This document shows, piece by piece, positions 40,301 to 49,197 of a stretch of DNA of 64,000 nucleotides (positions are counted from its first letter, which is position 1; each line of letters starts with the position of its first letter). Below the pieces are notes generated by a model that did no database searches, was not told the origin of the DNA, and was given only the letters and a program-made list of their open reading frames with translations. Source of the stretch: Bdellovibrionota bacterium (GTDB lineage Bacteria; Bdellovibrionota; UBA1018; CAIPTA01; JAALKR01); assembly GCA_965207455.1 (NCBI GenBank), contig CBDBMJ010000001.1:1280001-1344000 (forward strand). The letters are read 5' to 3'. The translations under genes were made by a program, and so were the position numbers.

Positions 40301-41129
40301 AAGTTTCACAAGAAGATGCCCAGCACTCACGCGACAGCAAAAAAAGCTTATTGCGCAACTTGAGGTTTTTAAGCAACCAGAGGAATTTATTTTATTTGAT
40401 TTGCCAAATGTCTATACAGGAAAGGCATCAGGTGAGCTTACCAGTTCTGAAATAAACAATTTTATTTCTTCCCTAGAATCTGATTTAAATGAAGTATTTA
40501 AAATATACGTTGACCTAGTAGGGCAGCTAGCAGGACTTCAAAAAGAACATTTACTGAAGCTGCAAGAAATAACAGGAAAGCAAGCTTTTCCAACAATAAA
40601 AAAGGGCGCACCATTGGCAAAATATTGGAAAAATGCTTTACTGATGCTATCTGACAAAACTCTATCCTTTCCTTATAGCGACAAAACCCTAATGTTTGTA
40701 AATCGAATCAACCAGTTGAATGATAAAGCAAACAATCAATCCATCGTGGAAACTTTAGCTGATTCTTTAACTGGGGCTAACCCAAAAAGTTGGAGTGAAA
40801 AGGGACTCTCTCTTTTTGAGCATAATATAAGGTCTGCTATTTCTGAAATAAAACAAATTCATTATTTAAATTTAAACAGTGGTGAGGGTGTTACAACTAT
40901 TTCTAGTTTTGATGAATCTGGAAAACCATCTTTCAAAGAGATATTAAAATCCAACTCCCAAACAAAGAAGCTTAGCTCCATCATTAATTCAATTCGGACA
41001 AATATAGAAAATTTAGAAGATATAGAGAAGAACACTGTTCTTTTAGAACTGCTAAATGAGATTAACAATAAAAAAAATCAGCCCACAAAGGTGACTAACA
41101 AGTCAACCATTGGTGCGGCATGGGGGTAA
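37374..41129 (+). CDS. Large P-loop ATPase (SspC/BrxC-like)
   Basis: Walker A GTPGVGKST, Walker B IAYDEFGKYLE, FLQDMAE, EWTKIEGRF, FPLHP, QNERTMFSFL, PPFGIR; about 1250 aa. Confidence 0.88.
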   Translation: MTKKRVKQKSLFDDILIKVGKNFSRSTSLKMDFQDKSSLKHLIVSEKFQKNFNSICPSFIDNNSNQRVHVISGTPGVGKSTFAVFLARCLSKGNKGKLTTIVEQQEKMLSAKFTKNYKQITKENYLPIFLNGDEGEIEDAFYEALKVAFTEHDLSQDFEGLAQKNSNNAFGVITNWKKNYPLKFEEFKKFVDSNYDEGYEKFQKSLKRNRRNAQKFFFKAYKQITGGASIASYRHGQVIDLYKNAAILLNKKKFSGIFIAYDEFGKYLERGVRHPNDFDLQFLQDMAELCNKGQESHIHLLLITHLPISQYATQLPASIQQEWTKIEGRFQQSSFNSSYESSYTILGSVFESNIKADNPSAWKKISALSKKWVDVNSSTRNFPDVFNTKYVEEIISESFPLHPSAFCLLPLLSEKVAQNERTMFSFLTRDEDSSLPRFLKNSFLSTDQLNYIGPFDLYSYFKQLIENDMAIGGAYKIGLIVNEVLNSLDSSQKCEKDVISLLGIATIINNRSIFRITSESIQTTLSGLYKSDEVDKSIKTLEKSKSIIYDHTKSEYVLFEGSSIDIGEEINKARQTRLTTAGYINILKKNFNLNFIVPKKYNFKNGITRYFREEVISIEELMAKKIATDYSKEDGKVYYVIPFTNSDMTAIKNHLETLNLKSSVFVLTNKPLEIERELLELHAIEAVYSKKEILSSGPKVKKELDHHRDTAKEIIKKSLKKARSNVNMDVTVNYKGKVLSSRVNQILDISNFVSDICEEEYHSYPVFYNEMINKAKASTPIIQGRIRLISAFDKCHLNRYGIEGGGPDFSLYKSLLKSNSFSFDTNNDGTKTINGLKKNSTLIPLFEDFLAFLKESEQTTISMETLIERWRKPPFGIRVPLIPLYMNLFSRMTSSPISYFHDDVFVGKLDIELFENLIKQPKKYSLRMLHLDKKRMDFLKRIGNAFAKNIPYKFNTDNLDFLKTAKIISTYYSLIPSFTRRCPALTRQQKKLIAQLEVFKQPEEFILFDLPNVYTGKASGELTSSEINNFISSLESDLNEVFKIYVDLVGQLAGLQKEHLLKLQEITGKQAFPTIKKGAPLAKYWKNALLMLSDKTLSFPYSDKTLMFVNRINQLNDKANNQSIVETLADSLTGANPKSWSEKGLSLFEHNIRSAISEIKQIHYLNLNSGEGVTTISSFDESGKPSFKEILKSNSQTKKLSSIINSIRTNIENLEDIEKNTVLLELLNEINNKKNQPTKVTNKSTIGAAWG

Positions 41130-41133
41130 AAAT

Positions 41134-41952
41134 ATGAATTATTTAGATATAGATTCTACTGCGCGACACATCTGTTCACTATCTGGTGGTAAAGACTCAA
41201 CAGCATTAGCTGTCTACTTAAAAGATAAAATACCCAATATTGAATATGTATTTTGTGATACCGGCTCGGAGCTAACTGAAACATACGATTTCCTAGACCG
41301 TGTGGAAGCATATTTAGGTGCTAAAATTGTTCGTTTAAATAGTGGAAAGGGTTTTGAGGAGTATTTAAATAAACACATGAACTATCTACCCTCTCCCATG
41401 TCTCGATGGTGTACCGCTGAAATGAAAATTAGACCTTATGAGCAATATATTGGTAAAGATAAATGCTATTCTTATGTGGGAATTCGAGCTGATGAAAATC
41501 GAGAGGGCTATATATCAAAGAATGATAATATTATCCCTAAATATCCCTTTAAAGAGGATGGAATTGATAGAGCAGGAGTCTATAAAATTTTAGAGGACTC
41601 TGGTCTTGGTTTGCCAAAATATTATGAATGGCGTTCCCGTTCCGGTTGTTATTTTTGTTTTTTCCAGCGGTCTATTGAGTGGGTTGGTCTACTGGAGCGT
41701 CACCCCAAACTATTTGAGAAAGCAGAAGCATTTGAAAAAATGGGATATCGAGGTGACAAAGTAGATTTCACTTGGGTCAAGGGACGAACACTGGACTGGA
41801 TAAGAAAAAATAAAGATGAGATTAAAAAAAGGCATAACGACAGGATGAAGAAAACACTTGAAAAAAAAGTACACACCAATATACATGATGTTTTTGAGAG
41901 TGCTGCTAGTGAGGAATCATCGGCAAGAGCCTGTAATATTTGTGACTTATAA
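41134..41952 (+). CDS. PAPS-reductase/PP-loop family protein (SspD-like)
   Basis: SLSGGKDS, FCDTG.EL.ETY, RWCT..MKI.P, GIRADE, RSRSGCYFCFFQR, C-terminal CNICDL. Confidence 0.92.
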   Translation: MNYLDIDSTARHICSLSGGKDSTALAVYLKDKIPNIEYVFCDTGSELTETYDFLDRVEAYLGAKIVRLNSGKGFEEYLNKHMNYLPSPMSRWCTAEMKIRPYEQYIGKDKCYSYVGIRADENREGYISKNDNIIPKYPFKEDGIDRAGVYKILEDSGLGLPKYYEWRSRSGCYFCFFQRSIEWVGLLERHPKLFEKAEAFEKMGYRGDKVDFTWVKGRTLDWIRKNKDEIKKRHNDRMKKTLEKKVHTNIHDVFESAASEESSARACNICDL

Positions 41953-41960
41953 GAGATATA

Positions 41961-43430
41961 ATGGAAAATAGAAGTTTAAATTATGAGATTCGATCCAAGA
42001 CTGCGATGGAAAGATATGAGTTTTCCAGACCTGTAAAATTTGCACTCAGAGATCTAGTTATTAAAAAAAATTGGAGTTTCTTTGATTATGGTTGTGGAAA
42101 AGGCTCCGACATCTCATTTCTTAAAGGATTAAATATTGAATCAAACGGATATGACCCTTATTTTTTCCCAAAAAATGAGAAAATAAAATCTGATATTGTA
42201 AATCTAGGGTATGTAATAAATGTAATAGAGGATCCAGAGGAAAGAAAATCAACCATCAAAGAAGCATACTCACTTGCAGATAAATGCCTGATTGTTTCAG
42301 CACAAACAAAAGCAGCTGCCATTCATGATGCACAAGAATTTGGTGATGGCTGTCTTACAAAAAGAGAAACCTTTCAGAAATATTTTTCACAAGAAGAACT
42401 CAAGGCATTACTATCCGACGTTTTAAATACTACACCATACCCTGCTGGACCAGGAATTTTTTATATTTTTAAAGATGAGAGTGCTCGGAGTGAGTATTTA
42501 ACAGTTCGTTACGATTCCACACGTTTCCTCAGAACAACAGAAACGCCATTTTTGAAACAAAAACGCTTCTACCCTCCCATGAATGAGATAAAAGAAGAAA
42601 AACTTAGTAAAAGCTCTTCTGTAAGTGATTTAGTAGACTGGGTGAGCACAAGAGGTCGTTTTCCCACAGAGTTTGAATTTACAGGATATGAGGAAATTTC
42701 CAAGCTAGGGGTTCAACGGAATTTTTTAGAAAACTGGGTATTAAACAATCTAAATCAGGACGCTTTTGAGAATGCGAAAAAAGTTCGTAGGCAAGATATA
42801 TTACTTATGCTTGCCCTCACCCGACTTGATCAGAACGGCAGACCTAAGCTAAAAGACCTTCCCCTACAAAGCAGCTTAGATATAAAGGCATTTTTTAAAA
42901 CCTATAACAATGCAGTTCTTAATGCGGACAAATTGCTTTTTAGTGTTGCTGATCCCAAAAGAGTTCAAGATGCCATACAGCAATCTGAGGTTGGCAAAAA
43001 ATTACCCGATAGTATTTACCTGCATACTTCAGCCCTTCCATACGCTCCAGATATTCTCCAAATATTTGTAGGCTGTGCCCGTGCTGTTGTGGGAGATGTG
43101 GAAGGTGATGTAATTATAAAAATTCCCAAAAAAGCCACCTCTGTTTCATTCTTACTATATCGTGATTTTGATAGCTCTCCCCATCCTGAATTAATGCTAT
43201 CTGTGAAGGTAAAACTAAGAGAAGCAAGGATTTATTCCAGAAACTACACAAAATCGGACAATCCTCCTATTTTGCATAGAAAAGAAACATTTGTTCACAC
43301 CAGCTACCCTTTATTCAATAAATTTAAAAAAGAAACCAAAAAAGAAGAATCCTTAGGGCTTTTGGGAAGAACAGATATTGGTTTCAAGAAAAATTGGGAA
43401 AAGCTCACAGAAAATATCACCTTGAGTTAA
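41961..43430 (+). CDS. DNA phosphorothioation-associated putative methyltransferase
   Basis: SRPV, FDYGCGKGSD (SAM motif I), YDPYF, VNLGYVINVIEDPEER, TFQKYFSQEEL, PHPEL, NPPILHRKETFV. Confidence 0.88.
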   Translation: MENRSLNYEIRSKTAMERYEFSRPVKFALRDLVIKKNWSFFDYGCGKGSDISFLKGLNIESNGYDPYFFPKNEKIKSDIVNLGYVINVIEDPEERKSTIKEAYSLADKCLIVSAQTKAAAIHDAQEFGDGCLTKRETFQKYFSQEELKALLSDVLNTTPYPAGPGIFYIFKDESARSEYLTVRYDSTRFLRTTETPFLKQKRFYPPMNEIKEEKLSKSSSVSDLVDWVSTRGRFPTEFEFTGYEEISKLGVQRNFLENWVLNNLNQDAFENAKKVRRQDILLMLALTRLDQNGRPKLKDLPLQSSLDIKAFFKTYNNAVLNADKLLFSVADPKRVQDAIQQSEVGKKLPDSIYLHTSALPYAPDILQIFVGCARAVVGDVEGDVIIKIPKKATSVSFLLYRDFDSSPHPELMLSVKVKLREARIYSRNYTKSDNPPILHRKETFVHTSYPLFNKFKKETKKEESLGLLGRTDIGFKKNWEKLTENITLS

Positions 43431-43432
43431 AG

Positions 43433-44408
43433 ATGGAAAATATAATTCATTATAATAATTTAGGCGATATTGTGGCAGAAGAGTTCAAAAAATCTCAAAA
43501 AGAAATACTTATTTTTTCTCCTTATATTACCACAAACGCCTTAAAGAAAATTCTTGATCCAGTATCATCAGGTGTTCATGTTTCTATTATTACAACATGG
43601 AAAGTGCAAGATATAGCTTATGGTGCCAGCGAGCTTGCCTCCTATGAGTTTGCAAAAAAAAGAGGGTTTCAGTTTTTTTTGAATCAACAAATACATTTAA
43701 AAACATACCTATCTGACCATAAAAAAGTAATTACAGGCTCTGCCAACTTAACCAATAATGGTATGGGATTCTCCTCCAACCCAAATAAAGAAACTCTTGT
43801 AGAAACAGACTGTTGTCCAGGCGATTACTTGCATTACTTGCTATCAATATTACGTGATTCCAAATTAGTTGATGATGAGATTTTTGCTTATTTTAAAGAA
43901 AAATCTCAAGAAATAAAAATAGATAAAATCAGTGATTCTGTTCAAGAAAATATAGATAAAGACGCATTTAAAGAAAAAAAAGATAGTTTCTTAGTTTCTG
44001 AATTGCCCATGTCTTCCAGCGTTGAAGTTATTTATGAAATTATAAAAGAGCAAAAAATCTGTTCAATGATCAGGACGAAATACTGCGCATTCCATGATTT
44101 AGCGAAATACAACATAAGTTATAATGAATTAACAAGCATGGATGATTTTAAGAAAAAAAATGCATCTAAATTTCTTTAAGCATCCATTTATAGTAAAATT
44201 TGTAGCCTCTTTAAACAAATCCAAGAGCTTCGGCCGAGTAAAGGAATGGATACAAAGAAATTGTACCAATGTGCCCGTTCCTAACAGAAGAGAATTGACA
44301 GCAAATGTGAGGACTCTTTTTGATTGGTTGATAGAATTAGACCCCGATTCTTTTGTAGTGGAGCGACCAAGGCATGCAGAAGTTTTATTTAGGAAAAATC
44401 CAAAATGA
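43433..44408 (+). CDS. Phospholipase-D-family (HKD) nuclease; apparent +1 frameshift at A8 44153-44160
   Basis: FSPYIT and HLKTYLSDHKKVITGSANLT (HxK-x4-D-x6-GSxN); reading continues in ORF 44142..44408. Confidence 0.8.
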
Positions 44409-45203
44409 TTGATTATAATCAACCGCTATTGAAATTATTAAAAAAATGCTTTTGATATAAAAACTCAGGGAAACCCCAAAGAACAAGCACTGTTTGATGA
44501 TATTATTCAAAGATGGACATCAGGGAGAGAAGAGCCAAATTTTTCTAAAATAATATATGAAATGGATTTAATCAAAAATGACGAAGATAGAGTAAGGGAA
44601 CTTGAAAAAAATGCAAAGGAAATAAATTCAAAGGTTAGCGGGGAAGCATTAGGAGTTCTTTTTAATGACATAAAAAAAATATTATTATCCGATAATGCTA
44701 TCAATAAAAATGAAAAAATTATATTAGATACTCTAGAATCCTGCTGGTCAAAAAAATGATTTTAATTGATCGCCAAGTAGAGCGGATTAGAACAAAAAAG
44801 CATTTTATTCCTCACACCACATTTGAAGCGATTGGGATACTTATTTGCAATAGTAATCCGAGTGGATGGAAATATAACAAAAGATGAAATATCCTCTTTG
44901 AGAAAAAATTTACGAACGTGGAATAATGAAAATGCCAGATTGATAATTCATGCAATTAACTTGATCGATCCATTTTCTTCAAGTGCAAATATTATAAATC
45001 TTTTTAAAAAAACTACTGAATTTTCCAGTATAGAGGAAAAATCAGTGATGAATTGCCTTGACTTTTTAAATGATTCATCTCCAAGCACAAAAAAGTTAAT
45101 ATACCAACAAATAGTATCTTTAATAAAGGCTGACGGGCATGTGCATAAAAATGAGAGATGGATATGGTATCACATGAAACAAAAATGGAATATAAATAAG
45201 TAG
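44405..45203 (+). CDS. Tandem TerB-like domain protein interrupted by indels (A7 at 44440-44446; disrupted patch ~44750-44790)
   Basis: ATG overlaps the PLD stop. TerB-type motifs LSDNAINKNE..ILDTL, IRVDGNITKDEI and IKADGHVHKNE; fragments 44562..44759 and 44823..45203 share a frame. Confidence 0.6.
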
Positions 45204-45214
45204 GAGATAAGTCA

Positions 45215-46904
45215 TTGTTTGATGAATTAAGACATTTATTAAGTAGAGTTGCAGTACATGACCTCAAAAATTATCTTGGAAAAGAAATTGTTGGGTTGGC
45301 AGATTATTTAAATGAAAGTGATTCTGCCAGTAAACTTGTTAATGCTGCAATATCTACAGATGGGAAAAAATTACTAGAAAGAAAGACAATCCGCTGGCTA
45401 TTGATATTTACGCATCTGAAAAAAGAAGAAATTGAGTCTCTGGGCGCAATCTTTGAATGTTCATTCTAAAGATACTGCACAATGCATAGACAATATATCC
45501 AGCCTACCTTTTTTAAGCAATAAAAATAATAGAATAATTTTAGAGGCTCTAAATTTAGATATAAGTTATCTTCCTGATAAAGCAATTTCTTCCGATGAAC
45601 TGGGGCAAGAAAAAATATTGGCTAAAAATAAATTTTTTGAACTGTTAGATTATCAATTTGATATAAAAATGCGAGTATTAAAAATCTTTAAAACAACTCA
45701 GCTTGCTCGATGCATGATTCATATGCCAACGGGTTCAGGGAAAACTAAAACCGCAATGAATATATTACATAATTATTGGTGGCAAGAGCATGACTGCAAT
45801 GGAATTATCGTTTGGATGGCCCACTCAGAAGAATTGCTAAAACAAGCAATTGATGCATTTAAAGATATGTGGGAGGTAATGGGGCGAAAGGACGTGGATT
45901 TAATCAGATTATGGGGTAATTTTAATCTCCCTCAAGAACTTCCTGTTCGAGGAATAATTTTTACTGGAATACAAAAAATGATTTCAATATCGAAAAAGAA
46001 CCAAATAGATGAATTAAATAAGCACCTCCGCATGGTAGTTATAGATGAGGCACACAAGGCACCAGCTAAAGAGACAAAAAAAGTAATATATGAAATGATG
46101 AAAATGCCCGAGAATAGCCAAAATAGAGTTTTACTTGGTCTAACCGCAACACCGGGGAGATCAACTGGATTTGATAAACAAGATGAAATTTTAATATCCA
46201 TGTTCGAGAATTCAAAAGTTGATTTAAATATTAAACATATGGATAAGTATTTAACAGATGGATATACTAGTAAAAATGTAATTGATCATCTCCAGCACAG
46301 AAAGATACTTTCTAAATTTGAAAGAGAACCAATCCAAATTGAAAGAAAATTACTTAACCTAAGTCCTGCTGATATTTTAAACTTGGAGAAATCAATAAAA
46401 GATAAATCGTCTGAAATCAAAGCTAGCACTTTAGATAAGATAGCTAAAAGTAAAGCTAGGAATCAATTAATTATTGAAAAATTAATTGATTTAAATTCCC
46501 AAGGATTAAAAACATTAGTATTTGCTTGTAACTTAAATCATGTTAGACTTCTTACAGCAGCACTTCAAATGAGAGGAGTTAATGCGGAACATGTTCTGGG
46601 AGATACTCCTTCCAATCATAGAGCAGACGTTATATCAAAGTTTAAAGATGACCATAGTGGTTTAAATATATTGATTAATTATGGTGTTTTGACAACTGGT
46701 TTTGATTCTCCAAATATTGATTGTATTTTTATAGCAAGACCTGTTACCTCAGTGATTTTATACAGCCAAATGATTGGAAGAGGCATCCGTGGAACTATGA
46801 TGGGTGGGAAATCTTCATGTATATTAATAGATGTTGTTGACAACATCAAACAGCATGGTGATGAGTCATGGGCTTTTAGTTTTTTTAATAAATATTGGAG
46901 TTAA
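45215..46904 (+). CDS. SF2 DEAD/DEAH (ResIII-type) helicase; apparent +1 frameshift near 45452
   Basis: AGGAG RBS; LDYQ, MPTGSGKT, DEAH, LTATPGR, TTGFDSP, QMIGRGIRG. Confidence 0.88.
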
Positions 46905-46915
46905 AGGAGAAAAAT

Positions 46916-48661
46916 ATGGAGAATAATGAAAAAGATATTATAAACTTAGAATACTATGCAGATGCCCTAAGAAACACTGGATATAAAAATACGGAAAATG
47001 CATTGGCTGAAATTGTGGACAATAGTTTAGAGGCTGGTGCAAAAGATATTTTAATTTTATGTAAAACAGGTATTAGGCATACCAGAAAATCTATAGTGGA
47101 AATTGCCATATTGGATAATGGATGTGGAATGCCTGATGATATTTTATCCAAATGCTTAGGTATCGGAGAAAGCACACGCAGAGAACGAAAAGGGATGGGA
47201 CGATTTGGTGTTGGACTACCTCAAGCTTCTTTTCATGTGGCACCTCGTGTAGAAGTCTACTCATGGCAAAATGGTGCCACTCCTAGATATGTATACCTTG
47301 ATGTAAATGAAATGAAATCAGGAAAACAAAAAAAACTTTCCCAGATAACGAAAGAAAACTTACCACAATCCTATCAAAAGTACTTAAAGGGTTTTACTTT
47401 TGAAAATGAAGGTAAAGAAATGAGTTTTTCAGAATCTGGCACATTAGTAATTTGGAAAGCTTGTGACAGATTAAACCCTAAAACAGCAACAGCACTTTAT
47501 CCCAGATTCAACCGTCTTTTAGGAAGAAAATTTCGACATTTCATCAATGATGACTGTACTATTGGTTTTTTCGCTGAAGGTGATGATAGAACTAAAAAAA
47601 TACTTAAACCCAACGATCCTCTTTGTCTCATGACTAATAATCAGGTTTTGGGCAATGAGAATGATCCTACAGAAATATATGATGAGGGAGAGCCAATATT
47701 TGAGCTTTGGGATAATGCAGGCATGATCTGTCCACATGAAGAAGAAATTGAATACAGGCAAGGCAATAAGATAAAAAAGAGTAAAATTGAAATCACATTT
47801 TCACTTGCTAAGCCTATTTATCAGAGAGCTGGTGGAGAGAATAAAATTGGACAACATTTGAAAAAAAATGTGGGAATTTCGATAGTCCGAGCTAATCGAG
47901 AAATTGATTTTGGGAAATTCGATTTATTCAGTGATATAAATGAGCCACAGCATAGGTGGTGGGGATGTGAAGTAAAATTTAAAACTGAATTAGATGAAAC
48001 ATTCGGCGTCTCCAACAACAAACAGCAAGTAGAACTTCGTGAATTAAATGGAGTAGAATATGAAGAAGACGACATAAAACCTATTTGGTTTAAGCTTGAA
48101 AAAATAGTTGCCAGAGAAATTAAACATATTTATAAAGAAATTAAAAAAAGAAAAGAAGGAAGTAGAAAAAAAACCTCCCAACCTTCGAAAGAAGAAGCCA
48201 TAGTAGGAGTTGTTGAAGCAAGAGATGAAATACCAACAAAATCAGAGGAAGTTAGAGAAAATACTCATCCTGAAGAATTGAAAAACTTAGTTCGAGAAGT
48301 AACAATAGAATCCACAGGAAACCCCCATCCAACCGATGATGAAATAAACGCCCAAATGACTTCTCCGGTCCATATTACTGAAAAAGACATGGGCGATTCT
48401 TCCCATTTTATTGATATATCCACTAAAATGGGAAATTGTTGGCTAACAATAAATACAGGTTCCATATTTTATCGAGAAATGTACAGCAAATTAGAGGAAA
48501 AAGATGAAAGTGTATTCAGTGCCTTTAAACTTATTTTAATGGCATATGCTAGGGCAGAAGATGAAGCTATCTCGGAAAAGCTTCGTGAATCATTTAGAGA
48601 AGTAAGACGATTATGGGGTGTAAAAATTGAAAAATATTTGAAAACTGATTATCAATCATAA
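46916..48661 (+). CDS. MORC-like GHKL ATPase (HATPase_c_3)
   Basis: GYKNTENALAEIVDNS, DNGCGM, GRFGVGL, SGTLVIW; AAGGAG RBS. Confidence 0.9.
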   Translation: MENNEKDIINLEYYADALRNTGYKNTENALAEIVDNSLEAGAKDILILCKTGIRHTRKSIVEIAILDNGCGMPDDILSKCLGIGESTRRERKGMGRFGVGLPQASFHVAPRVEVYSWQNGATPRYVYLDVNEMKSGKQKKLSQITKENLPQSYQKYLKGFTFENEGKEMSFSESGTLVIWKACDRLNPKTATALYPRFNRLLGRKFRHFINDDCTIGFFAEGDDRTKKILKPNDPLCLMTNNQVLGNENDPTEIYDEGEPIFELWDNAGMICPHEEEIEYRQGNKIKKSKIEITFSLAKPIYQRAGGENKIGQHLKKNVGISIVRANREIDFGKFDLFSDINEPQHRWWGCEVKFKTELDETFGVSNNKQQVELRELNGVEYEEDDIKPIWFKLEKIVAREIKHIYKEIKKRKEGSRKKTSQPSKEEAIVGVVEARDEIPTKSEEVRENTHPEELKNLVREVTIESTGNPHPTDDEINAQMTSPVHITEKDMGDSSHFIDISTKMGNCWLTINTGSIFYREMYSKLEEKDESVFSAFKLILMAYARAEDEAISEKLRESFREVRRLWGVKIEKYLKTDYQS

Positions 48662-49029
48662 TTTATGTAGATATGCTTTTCTCAGCACTTTAGACAATTT
48701 TTAAAGCCAGAACGTGACACGAAATCACGCAGACCGTCAAGCGGACAACTTCCCTGAAGCAGCAAAGCTTCCTTTTGTATGATTACCAAGCAATTCTGTC
48801 GCACTACAATTGGGAATTCAACAGACGCATTGCGCATTTTCAAACTCTTAAAAACAAAAGGAATTATGCGGCGAGTTGCTAATTTTTTCTTTTGCAGCGA
48901 TGGAGATTTTCGTTTTTGTGCCCACAAACTCTATAATTTCCTTGTCTTATCCAGCTCTACTATTGTAAGACGTTTATAATGCTTAGGCGGTCTAAGGGAT
49001 ATTAAAGCTAAGCCAACTTGCTGGATACA

Positions 49030-49197
49030 ATGATGACAACAGAAGAAGAATTAAAAGCCAACCTTAATAAAATTCTTGAGATTGAATCAAATTACTTTGA
49101 TATGGAAGAGCTCTCTAATCATCAAAAAGCCACTATTGTAAAAAAGATAGTCAACGTTATCAAGAACAACGGAAACAACGATAATGATACTAAATAA
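49030..49197 (+). CDS. 55-aa small protein overlapping the ATPase start (PbeB-like by position)
   Basis: Below the ORF-track cut-off. Hand translation MMTTEEELKANLNKILEIESNYFDMEELSNHQKATIVKKIVNVIKNNGNNDNDTK*; overlaps the next ATG by 14 nt. Confidence 0.55.
   Translation: MMTTEEELKANLNKILEIESNYFDMEELSNHQKATIVKKIVNVIKNNGNNDNDTK

Noticed and set aside
36503..41952. BREX type 4 assignment
   Set aside because: No PglZ or BrxL; DUF4007 and the PAPS-reductase-like protein are separate genes with an adjacent desulfurase, which fits SspABCD better.
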